From the IMG/VR virus record IMGVR_UViG_2896601577_000009: a DNA stretch of 40,138 nucleotides; one strand, 5' to 3'. Both the position numbers and the translations under genes were made by a program. This document shows positions 28,114 through 37,557 of this stretch, piece by piece. The DNA comes from a virus. Taxonomy: Duplodnaviria > Heunggongvirae > Uroviricota > Caudoviricetes. Below the pieces are notes generated by a model. It searched no databases. It was not told the DNA's origin and saw only the letters and a list, made by a program, of their open reading frames with translations. The stretch's first letter is position 1; each line of letters starts with the position of its first letter.

Positions 28114-30706
28114 TCTGGTTATTGATTTGAGTCTGGATGCGGCCCGGTTTGATGAACAGATGGCCCGGGTACGCCGTCATTTTTCCAGTCTGGAGGCGGA
28201 TGCCAGAAAAACCGCCAGTACTGTTGAACAGGGGCTGAGCCGACAGGCGCTGGCTGCACAAAAAGCCGGGATATCAGTCGGACAGTATAAGGCTGCCATG
28301 CGCACACTGCCCGCACAGTTCACGGATATTGTCACTCAGCTTGCCGGTGGTCAGAATCCCTTCCTTATCATGCTGCAGCAGGGGGGGCAGATCAGCGATT
28401 CATTCGGTGAACCGCTCAGCCTGCTTACCCTGCTGAAGGAGGAACTTCTCGGGATCAGGGATGCCTCTGAATCATCAGAGGAGTCGCTGTCAGATACGGC
28501 AAATGCACTGGCTGAAAATGCCCGGAATGCCGGTGAGCTGGGACGATTTATGTCGGTGGTCCGTGTGGCGGCAGGTGGCGGGGTTGCCGTACTGGCCGTG
28601 CTTGCTGCCGCCGCCTGGCAGGCAGAGCAGGCTGACCGGGCCTTATTGCGTTCACTGATCCTGACCGGAGGGGCGGCTGCCACCACAACGGCAGAATTGT
28701 GGAAAATGGCCGGGGTGATCAGCGATGAAGCCGGTGGTGGTATCAGACAGGCGGCAGAAAATCTGGCCCGTCTGGCAGAAAGCGGGAAATATACCGCCGG
28801 GCAGCTACGGATCATGGGGGAAACCTCTCAGAGATGGCTGCAGACGGTGGGGGACGATGCCGGGAAGGTGGAAAAAGCCTTTGAAGGGATTGCAGCAGAT
28901 CCGGTGAAGGCGCTGGCCTCCCTGAATCAGCAGTATAACTTCCTGAGCGTTTCCCAGTTACGCCATATTGATGAGCTTGAGCGCACGAAAGGTAAACAGG
29001 CTGCGGTGACGGAGGCGATGTCCCTGTTTGCGGATGTCATGAATGCACGTCTGGAGCAACTTGATAAAGCGGCCACGCCGGTGGAAAAAATCTGGGACGA
29101 TGTTAAAACCTGGACTTCTGACGCATGGGCATGGATAGGTGATCATACACTGGGGGCACTCAGTCTGATCACTGACGTGGTGGCCGGAACCGTTGAACAG
29201 GTGAAGCTGCTGCTTGTGCAGGGGGATCTGGCACTGGCTGAATTTATTCAGTCAGCCTGGGAAACGACAAAGAATGTGCCCGGCGTTGGTGCGTTGTTTG
29301 GTGAACTGGCAGAAGAGAACCGCGTATTTATTGAGAAAACAAAACGCGATGAACTGGCGCTGAGAAAATCCATTGCGGAACGGGATGCGCGTATACGCCA
29401 GGGGGAAATGGGGTACATCAACCGCTCGCGTGCAACAGGCGTCAGCAAAGGTCTTGGGCAGCAGGAAGCCGTCAGCCGTCTGGCTGAAGAGCTGACAGGT
29501 AAAAAGCATACATCACCGAAAACGCGCTCTGCCGGGGAGAGGGAAGAGGAGCAGGCAAGAGAGGCTCTGCTTGCCCTTGAAGCTGAGCTCAGGACGCTGG
29601 AAAAACACAGCGGTGCGAATGAGAAAATCAGCCGGCAGCGCCGTGATTTATGGAAGGCGGAAAGTCAGTATGCGGTCCTGAAAGAGGCTGCCACGAAACG
29701 GCAGTTATCCTGGCAGGAAAAATCCCTGCTGGCTCATGAGAAAGAGACGCTGGAGTACAAACGCCAGCTGGCTGAGCTGGGAGACAAGATTGAACACCAG
29801 AAGCGGCTGAATGAGCTGGCACAGCAGGCGGCGCGGTTTGAACAGCAGCAGAGCGCGAAGCAGGCGGCAATCAGCGCAAAAGCCCGCGGACTCACCGACC
29901 GTCAGGCGCAGCGGGAGTCGGAAGAGCAGCGCCTTCGTGAGGTGTACGGTGATAATCCGGCTGCGCTGGCGAAGGCCACATCTGCACTGAAGAACACCTG
30001 GTCTGCGGAGGAGCAGCTTCGTGGAAGCTGGATGGCCGGGATGAAGTCCGGCTGGGGCGAGTGGGCGGAAAGTGCGACGGACAGTTTTTCGCAGGTAAAA
30101 AGTGTGGCCACGCAGACCTTTGACGGTATTGCACAGAATATGGCGGCGATGCTGACCGGCAGCGAACAGAACTGGCGTGGTTTCACCCGTTCCGTGCTCT
30201 CCATGCTGACAGAGATTTTTCTGAAGCAGGCGATGGTGGGGATTGTCGGGCGTATCGGCAGCGCCATTGGTGGTGCTTTCGGTGGTGGCGCATCCGCTTC
30301 CACGGGGACGGCCATTCAGGCTGCGGCGGCGAACTTCCATTTCGCGACCGGAGGATTTACGGGGACGGGCGGCAAATATGAGCCTGCGGGGATTGTCCAT
30401 CGCGGGGAGTTTGTCTTCACGAAGGAGGCGACCAGCCGGATTGGTGTCGGCAACCTGTATCGTCTGATGCGCGGGTATGCGGAAGGTGGTTATGTCGGCG
30501 GTGCCGGAAGTCCGGCGCAGATGCGGCGGGCCGAAGGCATTAATTTTAATCAGAACAATCACGTGGTGATTCAGAACGACGGCCCCAACGGGCAGGCAGG
30601 GCCGCAGCTGATGAAAGCGGTGTATGAGATGGCCCGTAAAGGTGCGCAGGATGAGCTCCGGCTGCAGTTGCGTGATGGCGGTCTGTTATCGGGGAGCGGG
30701 CGATGA
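28094..30706 (+). CDS. H: Tail tape measure protein (lambda H-like)
   Basis: 870 aa; N-terminus MSQPAGDLVIDLSLDAARFDEQMARVRRHF and C-terminal half (...QRRDLWKAESQ...GGFTGTGGKYEPAGIVHRGEFVFTKEATSRIGVGNLYRLMRGYA...) match lambda gpH. Confidence 0.9.
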   Translation: MSQPAGDLVIDLSLDAARFDEQMARVRRHFSSLEADARKTASTVEQGLSRQALAAQKAGISVGQYKAAMRTLPAQFTDIVTQLAGGQNPFLIMLQQGGQISDSFGEPLSLLTLLKEELLGIRDASESSEESLSDTANALAENARNAGELGRFMSVVRVAAGGGVAVLAVLAAAAWQAEQADRALLRSLILTGGAAATTTAELWKMAGVISDEAGGGIRQAAENLARLAESGKYTAGQLRIMGETSQRWLQTVGDDAGKVEKAFEGIAADPVKALASLNQQYNFLSVSQLRHIDELERTKGKQAAVTEAMSLFADVMNARLEQLDKAATPVEKIWDDVKTWTSDAWAWIGDHTLGALSLITDVVAGTVEQVKLLLVQGDLALAEFIQSAWETTKNVPGVGALFGELAEENRVFIEKTKRDELALRKSIAERDARIRQGEMGYINRSRATGVSKGLGQQEAVSRLAEELTGKKHTSPKTRSAGEREEEQAREALLALEAELRTLEKHSGANEKISRQRRDLWKAESQYAVLKEAATKRQLSWQEKSLLAHEKETLEYKRQLAELGDKIEHQKRLNELAQQAARFEQQQSAKQAAISAKARGLTDRQAQRESEEQRLREVYGDNPAALAKATSALKNTWSAEEQLRGSWMAGMKSGWGEWAESATDSFSQVKSVATQTFDGIAQNMAAMLTGSEQNWRGFTRSVLSMLTEIFLKQAMVGIVGRIGSAIGGAFGGGASASTGTAIQAAAANFHFATGGFTGTGGKYEPAGIVHRGEFVFTKEATSRIGVGNLYRLMRGYAEGGYVGGAGSPAQMRRAEGINFNQNNHVVIQNDGPNGQAGPQLMKAVYEMARKGAQDELRLQLRDGGLLSGSGR

Positions 30707-31032
30707 AAACCTTTCGCTGGAAAGTGAAACCGGATATGGAGGTGAACTCGCGGCCATCGGTGCGTGAAGTGCGTTTTGGTGACGGCTATTCGCAGCGTAT
30801 GGCGGCAGGGCTGAGTGCTGACCTGAAAACATACCGGGTGACGCTTTCCGTGACCCGGGAGGAAGCCCGGCATCTGGAGGAATTCCTGGCAGAGCACGGT
30901 GGCTGGAAGGCGTTTCTGTGGACACCGCCTTATGCATACCGGCAGATAAAGGTGACCTGTGCCGGGTGGTCTGCGCGGGTCGGGATGTTGCGCGTTGAGT
31001 TCAGCGCGGAGTTTAAGCAGGTGGTGAACTGA
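30703..31032 (+). CDS. M: Minor tail protein M
   Basis: 109 aa, same size and position as lambda gpM. Confidence 0.85.
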   Translation: MKTFRWKVKPDMEVNSRPSVREVRFGDGYSQRMAAGLSADLKTYRVTLSVTREEARHLEEFLAEHGGWKAFLWTPPYAYRQIKVTCAGWSARVGMLRVEFSAEFKQVVN

Positions 31033-31730
31033 TGCAGGATATTCGCGAAGAAAGGCTGAACGAGTCGGTTAAGTCAGAGCAGTCACCGCGGGTGGTACTC
31101 TGGGAAATCGACCTGACGGTGCAGGGTGGTGAGCGGTATTTTTTCTGTAATGAGCTGAATGAAAAAGGGGAGCCGGTCACCTGGCAGGGGCGTAAGTATG
31201 AGGCATACCCGATTGACGGCAGCGGCTTTGAGATGAACGGCCGGGGCAGCAGTGCCAGACCGTCGCTGACGGTGTCCAATCTGTTCGGTCTGGTCACCGG
31301 GATGGCGGAAGACCTGCAGAGTCTGGTGGGGGCCACGGTGGTCCGCCGCCGGGTGTATGCCCGTTTTCTGGATGCGGTGAATTTCGTTGCGGGCAATCCG
31401 GAGGCGGACCCGGAGCAGGAGCTGAGTGACCGCTGGGTGGTGGAGCAGATGTCGCAGCTGACAGCCATGACGGCCTCGTTTGTGCTGGCTACACCGACCG
31501 AGACGGACGGGGCGCTGTTTCCCGGTCGTATCATGCTGGCGAACACCTGTATGTGGACCTACCGCTCTGATGAGTGTGGTTACACGGGCGGGGCTGTGGC
31601 GGATGAGTTCGATAAACCCACCACGGATATCCGTAAGGACAGATGCAGCAAGTGCATGCGCGGGTGTGAACTGCGCAGGAATGTCGGCAATTTTGGCGGT
31701 TTCCTTTCCATTAATAAACTTTCGCAGTAA
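31032..31730 (+). CDS. L: Minor tail protein L
   Basis: 232 aa with a C-terminal Cys cluster, as lambda gpL. Confidence 0.85.
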   Translation: MQDIREERLNESVKSEQSPRVVLWEIDLTVQGGERYFFCNELNEKGEPVTWQGRKYEAYPIDGSGFEMNGRGSSARPSLTVSNLFGLVTGMAEDLQSLVGATVVRRRVYARFLDAVNFVAGNPEADPEQELSDRWVVEQMSQLTAMTASFVLATPTETDGALFPGRIMLANTCMWTYRSDECGYTGGAVADEFDKPTTDIRKDRCSKCMRGCELRRNVGNFGGFLSINKLSQ

Positions 31731-31740
31731 ATCCCGGTTT

Positions 31741-32490
31741 ATGACACAGACTGAATCAGCGATTCTGGCGCATGCCCGGCGGTGTGCGCCTGCGGAGTCG
31801 TGCGGCTTCGTGATAAGCACGCCGGAGGGGGAGCGGTATATCCCTTGTGTGAATATTTCTGCAGAGCCGGAGGCGTATTTTCGTATCGCACCGGAAGACT
31901 GGCTGCGGGCAGAGATGCAGGGGGAGATTGTGGCACTGGTCCACAGTCATCCCGGTGAGCTGCCCTGGCTGAGCGAGGCTGACCGGCGGCTGCAGATAAA
32001 AAGCGCACTGCCCTGGTGGCTGGTCTGCCGGGGGGAAATTCATAAATTCCGCTGTGTGCCACATCTGACAGGACGGCGCTTTGAGCACGGGGTGACGGAC
32101 TGTTACACGCTGTTCCGGGATGCATACCATCTGGCGGGAATTGATATGCCGGATTTTCATCGCGAGGATGACTGGTGGCGCAACGGCCAGAACCTGTACC
32201 TGGACAATATGGCGGTCACCGGCTTTTACCGGGTGCCCCTGTCCTCTGCACAGCCGGGCGATATTCTGCTGTGCTGCTTTGGTGCTTCGGTACCGAACCA
32301 TGCCACCATTTACTGCGGCAACGGTGAGCTGCTTCACCATCTGCCTTCACGGGGATTTGCAACGATTTGGCCGCCGCCTCAGCCTGTATGTGAACACGGC
32401 AGCGGAAGCCATTCGCGCCCTGTCGATGCAGATGCCGGGCTTTCGCCGTCAGATGAACGAAGGCTGGTACCAGATACGTATTGCCGGTGA
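31741..32490 (+). CDS. K: Tail assembly protein K (NlpC/P60-JAB-like), apparently extended at the C-terminus
   Basis: MTQTESAILAHARRCAPAESCGFV...HSHP... is K-like. The ORF is about 250 aa versus about 199 in lambda and overlaps the I start. Confidence 0.65.
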   Translation: MTQTESAILAHARRCAPAESCGFVISTPEGERYIPCVNISAEPEAYFRIAPEDWLRAEMQGEIVALVHSHPGELPWLSEADRRLQIKSALPWWLVCRGEIHKFRCVPHLTGRRFEHGVTDCYTLFRDAYHLAGIDMPDFHREDDWWRNGQNLYLDNMAVTGFYRVPLSSAQPGDILLCCFGASVPNHATIYCGNGELLHHLPSRGFATIWPPPQPVCEHGSGSHSRPVDADAGLSPSDERRLVPDTYCR

Positions 32491-32977
32491 TGACACGGCA
32501 CCGGAGGCGGTGTATGCCCGTCTTCACGAACAGCTGGGTGAGGGAACGGTCATCCACATTGTGCCGCGACTGGCCGGGGCCGGAAAGGGTGGACTGCAGA
32601 TTGTGTTGGGGGCGGCAGCCATCGTGGGCTCTTTCTTCACTGCCGGGGCATCAATGGCGTTATGGGGTTCAGCCCTGGCAGCCGGTGGTTTTTCTGCCAC
32701 CACGATGCTGTTTTCACTTGGAGCCAGCATGATTCTGGGCGGTGTGGCCCAGATGCTGGCCCCGAAGGCAAAAACACCGGATTACCGCGCAACGGATAAC
32801 GGCAGACAGAACACGTACTTTTCCTCGCTGGATAACATGATTGCCCAGGGGAACCCGATGCCGGTGCCTTACGGGGAAATGCTGGTTGGCTCCCGCCGTA
32901 TATCCCAGGACATCAGCACCCGTGATGAAGGCGGGGCGGAAAGGTCGTGGTTATCGGGCGACAGGGATAAAACATAA
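32300..32977 (+). CDS. I: Tail assembly protein I
   Basis: ...GDLQRFGRR...AAEAIRAL...GWYQ.RIAG...IHIVPR.AGA..GG.QIVLGAAAI.GSFFTAGA...LFSLGASM.LGGVAQMLAPKA...NTYFSSLDNM.AQGN..PV.YGEM.VGSR..SQ.IST.DEG as in lambda gpI. Start codon choice uncertain. Confidence 0.7.
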   Translation: MPPFTAATVSCFTICLHGDLQRFGRRLSLYVNTAAEAIRALSMQMPGFRRQMNEGWYQIRIAGDDTAPEAVYARLHEQLGEGTVIHIVPRLAGAGKGGLQIVLGAAAIVGSFFTAGASMALWGSALAAGGFSATTMLFSLGASMILGGVAQMLAPKAKTPDYRATDNGRQNTYFSSLDNMIAQGNPMPVPYGEMLVGSRRISQDISTRDEGGAERSWLSGDRDKT

Positions 32978-33265
32978 AAAAATCCCGCAGTGATCGCGGA
33001 GCTGCGGGGACAGACAAATGAAGATCAATGTGAAGGAGTTGTTTTTGTTACTCGGGCAAAAAAACACTAACGCAGCGAAATTATAAGCGCCACAGTCAGT
33101 GTGTGAAAATGTGAAGATATTCAGAATTTTTATGCCATTACCGGTTTTAACCAACAGGATTATCGGTGGGCATGAAAGAAATGTGTTTCATGCTTTTCAG
33201 GCGAAGGATATCCGACTTCTGTACGGAATGGCAAGTGGCGGTTAATTTATTCAGGGGAAGGCTGT

Positions 33266-36200
33266 ATGGGAAAAGGTGGCGGTAAGGCACACACGCCTCG
33301 TGAGGCGAAGGATAATCTCAAATCCACGCAGATGATGAGTGTGATTGATGCGATTGGTGAGGGACCGATAGAAGGTCCGGTGAAGGGACTGCAGAGTATT
33401 CTGGTGAACAAAACCCCACTGACGGACACGGACGGCAATCCCGTGATACACGGTGTGACGGCGGTCTGGCGCGCCGGGGAGCAGGAGCAGACACCACCGG
33501 AAGGCTTTGAGTCCTCCGGAGCTGAAACCGGACTGGGCGTGGAAGTGACGAAGGCAAAACCGGTGACGCGCACCATTACGTCCGCGAACATTGACCGCCT
33601 GCGGGTTACCTTCGGGGTGCAGTCACTGGTGCAGACCACGTCAAAGGGCGACCGTAATCCTTCCTCTGTCCGGATTCTGATTCAGTTACAGCGTAATGGC
33701 CGCTGGGTGACGGAAAAGGACGTCACCATTAACGGCAAGACCACCTCACAGTTCCTGGCCTCGGTGATTCTGGATAATCTGCCTCCCCGGCCCTTTAACA
33801 TCCGGATGGTCAGGGAGACGGCGGACAGCACCACGGACCAGCTGCAGAATAAGACGCTGTGGTCGTCATACACCGAAATCATCGATGTGAAACAGTGCTA
33901 CCCGAACACGGCCATTGTGGGGCTGCAGGTGGATGCGGAGCAGTTCGGCGGCCAGCAGATGACGGTGAACTACCATATCCGCGGTCGCATCATCCAGGTG
34001 CCGTCAAACTATGACCCGGAAAAACGCACGTACAGTGGTATCTGGGACGGCAGTCTGAAACCGGCATACAGCAACAATCCGGCCTGGTGTCTGTGGGACA
34101 TGCTGACTCACCCGCGCTACGGCATGGGAAAACGTCTGGGGGCGGCGGATGTGGACAAGTGGGCGCTGTATGCCATCGGGCAGTACTGCGACCAGATGGT
34201 GCCGGATGGCTTCGGGGGCACCGAGCCGCGGATGACCTTCAATGCGTACCTGGCACAACAGCGTAAGGCGTGGGATGTTCTCAGTGATTTCTGCTCGGCG
34301 ATGCGCTGTATGCCGGTATGGAACGGCCAGATGCTGACGTTTGTTCAGGACCGCCTGTCGGATGTGGTGTGGCCGTACACCAACAGCGATGTGGTGGTGG
34401 ATGATAACGGCGTGGGGTTCCGCTACAGCTTCAGTGCCCTGAAGGACCGGCACACGGCGGTGGAGGTGAATTACACCGACCCGCAGAACGGCTGGCAGAC
34501 CTCCACGGAACTGGTGGAAGACCCGGAAGCCATACTGCGCTACGGGCGCAATCTGCTGAAGATGGACGCGTTCGGCTGTACCAGCCGCGGTCAGGCCCAC
34601 CGTGCCGGACTGTGGGTGATAAAGACCGAACTGCTGGAAACGCAGACGGTGGACTTCACGCTCGGGTCTCAGGGGCTGCGGCACACACCCGGTGACATTA
34701 TTGAAATCTGTGATAATGACTATGCCGGGACCCTGACCGGCGGACGTGTCCTGTCCATTGATGCTGCCACCCGCACCCTGACGCTGGACCGTGAGGTTAC
34801 CCTGCCGGAGACAGGTACATCGGCGGTGAACCTGATTAACGGCAGCGGTAAGCCGGTGAGTGTGGACATCACCGCACACCCCGCGCCGGACCGGATACAG
34901 GTCAGTACCCTGCCTGATGGTGTGGAGACATACGGGGTGTGGGGACTCTCCCTGCCGTCACTGCGCCGTCGCCTGTTCCGCTGTGTCTCAGTCCGGGAAA
35001 ACACGGACGGCACCTTTGCCATCACGGCGGTGCAGCACGTACCGGAAAAAGAAGCCATCGTGGATAACGGTGCCCGCTTTGAGCCGCAGTCAGGCTCCCT
35101 GAACAGCGTCATCCCACCGGCAGTGCAGCACCTGACGGTGGAGGTGAGCGCAGCTGACGGCCAGTATCTGGCACAGGCGAAATGGGACACGCCGCGGGTG
35201 GTGAAGGGGGTGCGCTTCAGTCTGCGACTGACCAGCGGAAGCGGAGAAGACAGCCGTCTGGTGACCACCGCTATCACTGCGGATACAGAGCATCGTTTCA
35301 GTGGTCTGCCGCTCGGGGAATACACCCTGACAGTCAGGGCAATTAACAGTTATGGCCAGCAGGGCGAACCGGCCACCACCACCTTCCGGATTGCCGCACC
35401 GGCAGCACCGTCGCGGATTGAGCTGACGCCGGGCTATTTTCAGATAACCGCAACGCCACATCTTGCCGTTTATGACCCGACGGTACAGTTTGAGTTCTGG
35501 TTCTCGGAAAAGCGGATTGCGGATATCAGGCAGGTTGAAACCGCAGCCCGCTATCTTGGCTCGGCGCTGTACTGGATAGCTGCCAGTATCAATATCAAAC
35601 CGGGCCATGATTATTATTTTTATATCCGCAGTGTGAATACTGTTGGCAAATCGGCATTCGTGGAGGCTGTCGGTCGGGCGAGCGATGATGTGGAAGGTTA
35701 CCTGGATTTTTTCAAAGGAGAAATCGGGAAAACACATCTGGCCCAGGAGCTGTGGACGCAGATTGATAACGGTCAGCTTGCGCCGGACCTGGCTGAAATC
35801 AGGACGTCCATTACGAATGTCAGCAATGAAATCACGCAGACCGTCAATAAAAAACTGGAAAATCAGAGTGCGGCAATCCAGCAGATACAGAAAGTTCAGG
35901 TTGATACAAATAATAACCTGAACAGCATGTGGGCCGTGAAACTGCAGCAGATGCAGGACGGACGCCTTTATATTGCGGGTATCGGTGCCGGTATTGAGAA
36001 TACGCCAGCAGGAATGCAGAGTCAGGTGCTGCTGGCGGCAGACAGGATTGCGATGATTAATCCTGCGAATGGCAACACAAAGCCGATGTTTGTTGGTCAG
36101 GGCGATCAGATATTTATGAATGAAGTGTTCCTGAAATATCTGACGGCTCCCACCATTACCAGCGGCGGTAATCCTCCGGCATTTTCCCTGACACCGGACG

Positions 36201-36739
36201 GGCGGCTGACGGCGAAAAATGCCGATATCAGCGGTAACGTGAATGCGAACTCCGGGACGCTCAACAACGTCACTATTAACGAGAACTGTCGGGTTCTGGG
36301 AAAATTGTCCGCGAACCAGATTGAAGGCGATCTCGTTAAAACAGTGGGCAAAGCTTTCCCCCGGGACTCCCGTGCACCAGAGCGGTGGCCATCAGGAACC
36401 ATTACCGTCAGGGTTTATGACGATCAGCCGTTTGACCGGCAGATTGTTATTCCGGCGGTGGCATTCAGCGGCGCTAAACATGAGAAAGAGCATACTGATA
36501 TTTACTCCTCATGCCGTCTGATAGTGCGGAAAAACGGTGCTGAAATTTATAACCGTACCGCGCTGGATAATACGCTGATTTACAGTGGTGTTATTGATAT
36601 GCCTGCCGGTCACGGTCACATGACACTGGAGTTTTCGGTGTCAGCATGGCTGGTAAATAACTGGTATCCCACAGCAAGTATCAGCGATTTGCTGGTTGTG
36701 GTGATGAAGAAAGCCACTGCAGGCATCACGATTAGCTGA
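33266..36739 (+). CDS. J: Host specificity protein J (central tail fibre)
   Basis: 1157 aa; N-terminus [39 protein letters not shown], fibronectin-type and C-terminal receptor-binding region as lambda gpJ. Confidence 0.9.
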   Translation: MGKGGGKAHTPREAKDNLKSTQMMSVIDAIGEGPIEGPVKGLQSILVNKTPLTDTDGNPVIHGVTAVWRAGEQEQTPPEGFESSGAETGLGVEVTKAKPVTRTITSANIDRLRVTFGVQSLVQTTSKGDRNPSSVRILIQLQRNGRWVTEKDVTINGKTTSQFLASVILDNLPPRPFNIRMVRETADSTTDQLQNKTLWSSYTEIIDVKQCYPNTAIVGLQVDAEQFGGQQMTVNYHIRGRIIQVPSNYDPEKRTYSGIWDGSLKPAYSNNPAWCLWDMLTHPRYGMGKRLGAADVDKWALYAIGQYCDQMVPDGFGGTEPRMTFNAYLAQQRKAWDVLSDFCSAMRCMPVWNGQMLTFVQDRLSDVVWPYTNSDVVVDDNGVGFRYSFSALKDRHTAVEVNYTDPQNGWQTSTELVEDPEAILRYGRNLLKMDAFGCTSRGQAHRAGLWVIKTELLETQTVDFTLGSQGLRHTPGDIIEICDNDYAGTLTGGRVLSIDAATRTLTLDREVTLPETGTSAVNLINGSGKPVSVDITAHPAPDRIQVSTLPDGVETYGVWGLSLPSLRRRLFRCVSVRENTDGTFAITAVQHVPEKEAIVDNGARFEPQSGSLNSVIPPAVQHLTVEVSAADGQYLAQAKWDTPRVVKGVRFSLRLTSGSGEDSRLVTTAITADTEHRFSGLPLGEYTLTVRAINSYGQQGEPATTTFRIAAPAAPSRIELTPGYFQITATPHLAVYDPTVQFEFWFSEKRIADIRQVETAARYLGSALYWIAASINIKPGHDYYFYIRSVNTVGKSAFVEAVGRASDDVEGYLDFFKGEIGKTHLAQELWTQIDNGQLAPDLAEIRTSITNVSNEITQTVNKKLENQSAAIQQIQKVQVDTNNNLNSMWAVKLQQMQDGRLYIAGIGAGIENTPAGMQSQVLLAADRIAMINPANGNTKPMFVGQGDQIFMNEVFLKYLTAPTITSGGNPPAFSLTPDGRLTAKNADISGNVNANSGTLNNVTINENCRVLGKLSANQIEGDLVKTVGKAFPRDSRAPERWPSGTITVRVYDDQPFDRQIVIPAVAFSGAKHEKEHTDIYSSCRLIVRKNGAEIYNRTALDNTLIYSGVIDMPAGHGHMTLEFSVSAWLVNNWYPTASISDLLVVVMKKATAGITIS

Positions 36740-36755
36740 ATTTTATAACCCAGAT

Positions 36756-36783
36756 ACGGGCGCCAGAAATGGCGCCTTTTTTA
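36756..36783 (+). terminator. Intrinsic terminator after J
   Basis: GGGCGCC-AGAAAT-GGCGCC followed by TTTTTT. Confidence 0.65.
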
Positions 36784-36806
36784 TTGCAGAAAAGCGAGAG
36801 GTAATT

Positions 36807-37406
36807 ATGCGTAAATTATGTGCTGTTATTTTGTCCGCAGTAGTCTGGCAGGTCGCCGCTGCTACGCCAGCGAGTGCAGCAGAACATCAGTCCACGCTGA
36901 GCGCGGGGTATCTCCATGCCTCGACGAACGTTCCCGGTAGTGATGATCTGAACGGGATTAACGTGAAATACCGTTATGAGTTTACGGACGCGCTGGGGCT
37001 GATTACGTCCTTCAGTTATGCCAATGCTGAGGATGAGCAAAAAACGCGCTACAGCGATACCCGCTGGCATGAAGATTCCGTGCGTAACCGCTGGTTCAGC
37101 GTGATGGCGGGGCCGTCTGTACGCGTGAATGAATGGTTCAGCGCGTATGCGATGGCGGGTGTGGCTTACAGCCGTGTGTCGACTTTCTCCGGGGATTATC
37201 TCCGCGTAACTGACAACAAGGGGAAAACGCACGACGTGCTGACCGGAAGTGATGACGGTCGCCACAGCAATACCTCTCTGGCGTGGGGGGCTGGCGTGCA
37301 GTTTAACCCGACCGAATCCGTGGCCGTTGACCTTGCTTATGAAGGTTCCGGTAGTGGCGACTGGCGAACGGATGCATTTATTGTTGGTATCGGATACCGT
37401 TTCTGA
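36807..37406 (+). CDS. lom: Outer membrane protein Lom (Ail/Lom family beta-barrel)
   Basis: 199 aa with signal peptide MRKLCAVILSAVVWQVAAATPASA, alternating beta-strand pattern, and C-terminal ...GIGYRF. Confidence 0.85.
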   Translation: MRKLCAVILSAVVWQVAAATPASAAEHQSTLSAGYLHASTNVPGSDDLNGINVKYRYEFTDALGLITSFSYANAEDEQKTRYSDTRWHEDSVRNRWFSVMAGPSVRVNEWFSAYAMAGVAYSRVSTFSGDYLRVTDNKGKTHDVLTGSDDGRHSNTSLAWGAGVQFNPTESVAVDLAYEGSGSGDWRTDAFIVGIGYRF

Positions 37407-37510
37407 CAACAGACGCCGATTTATCTTCTGTAAATATTGTTATGATACGCAGGTTCATCCACTTTATGGGGTGAACTGCGTTTGAGGAAACGTAAAGTTA
37501 CACTGTCCTG

Positions 37511-37544
37511 AAGCCCGTGGCGTCACTGCTGCGGGCTTTTTTTA
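37511..37544 (+). terminator. Possible intrinsic terminator after lom
   Basis: AGCCCG-(14 nt)-CGGGCT followed by TTTTTTT. Confidence 0.5.
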
Positions 37545-37557
37545 TTGGTGGAAAAGT

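Noticed and set aside
31480-31740. N-terminal extension of the K ORF (31480-32490, 336 aa)
   Set aside because: The extension overlaps the 3' end of L in another frame; the K-like sequence begins at MTQTESAIL (31741).
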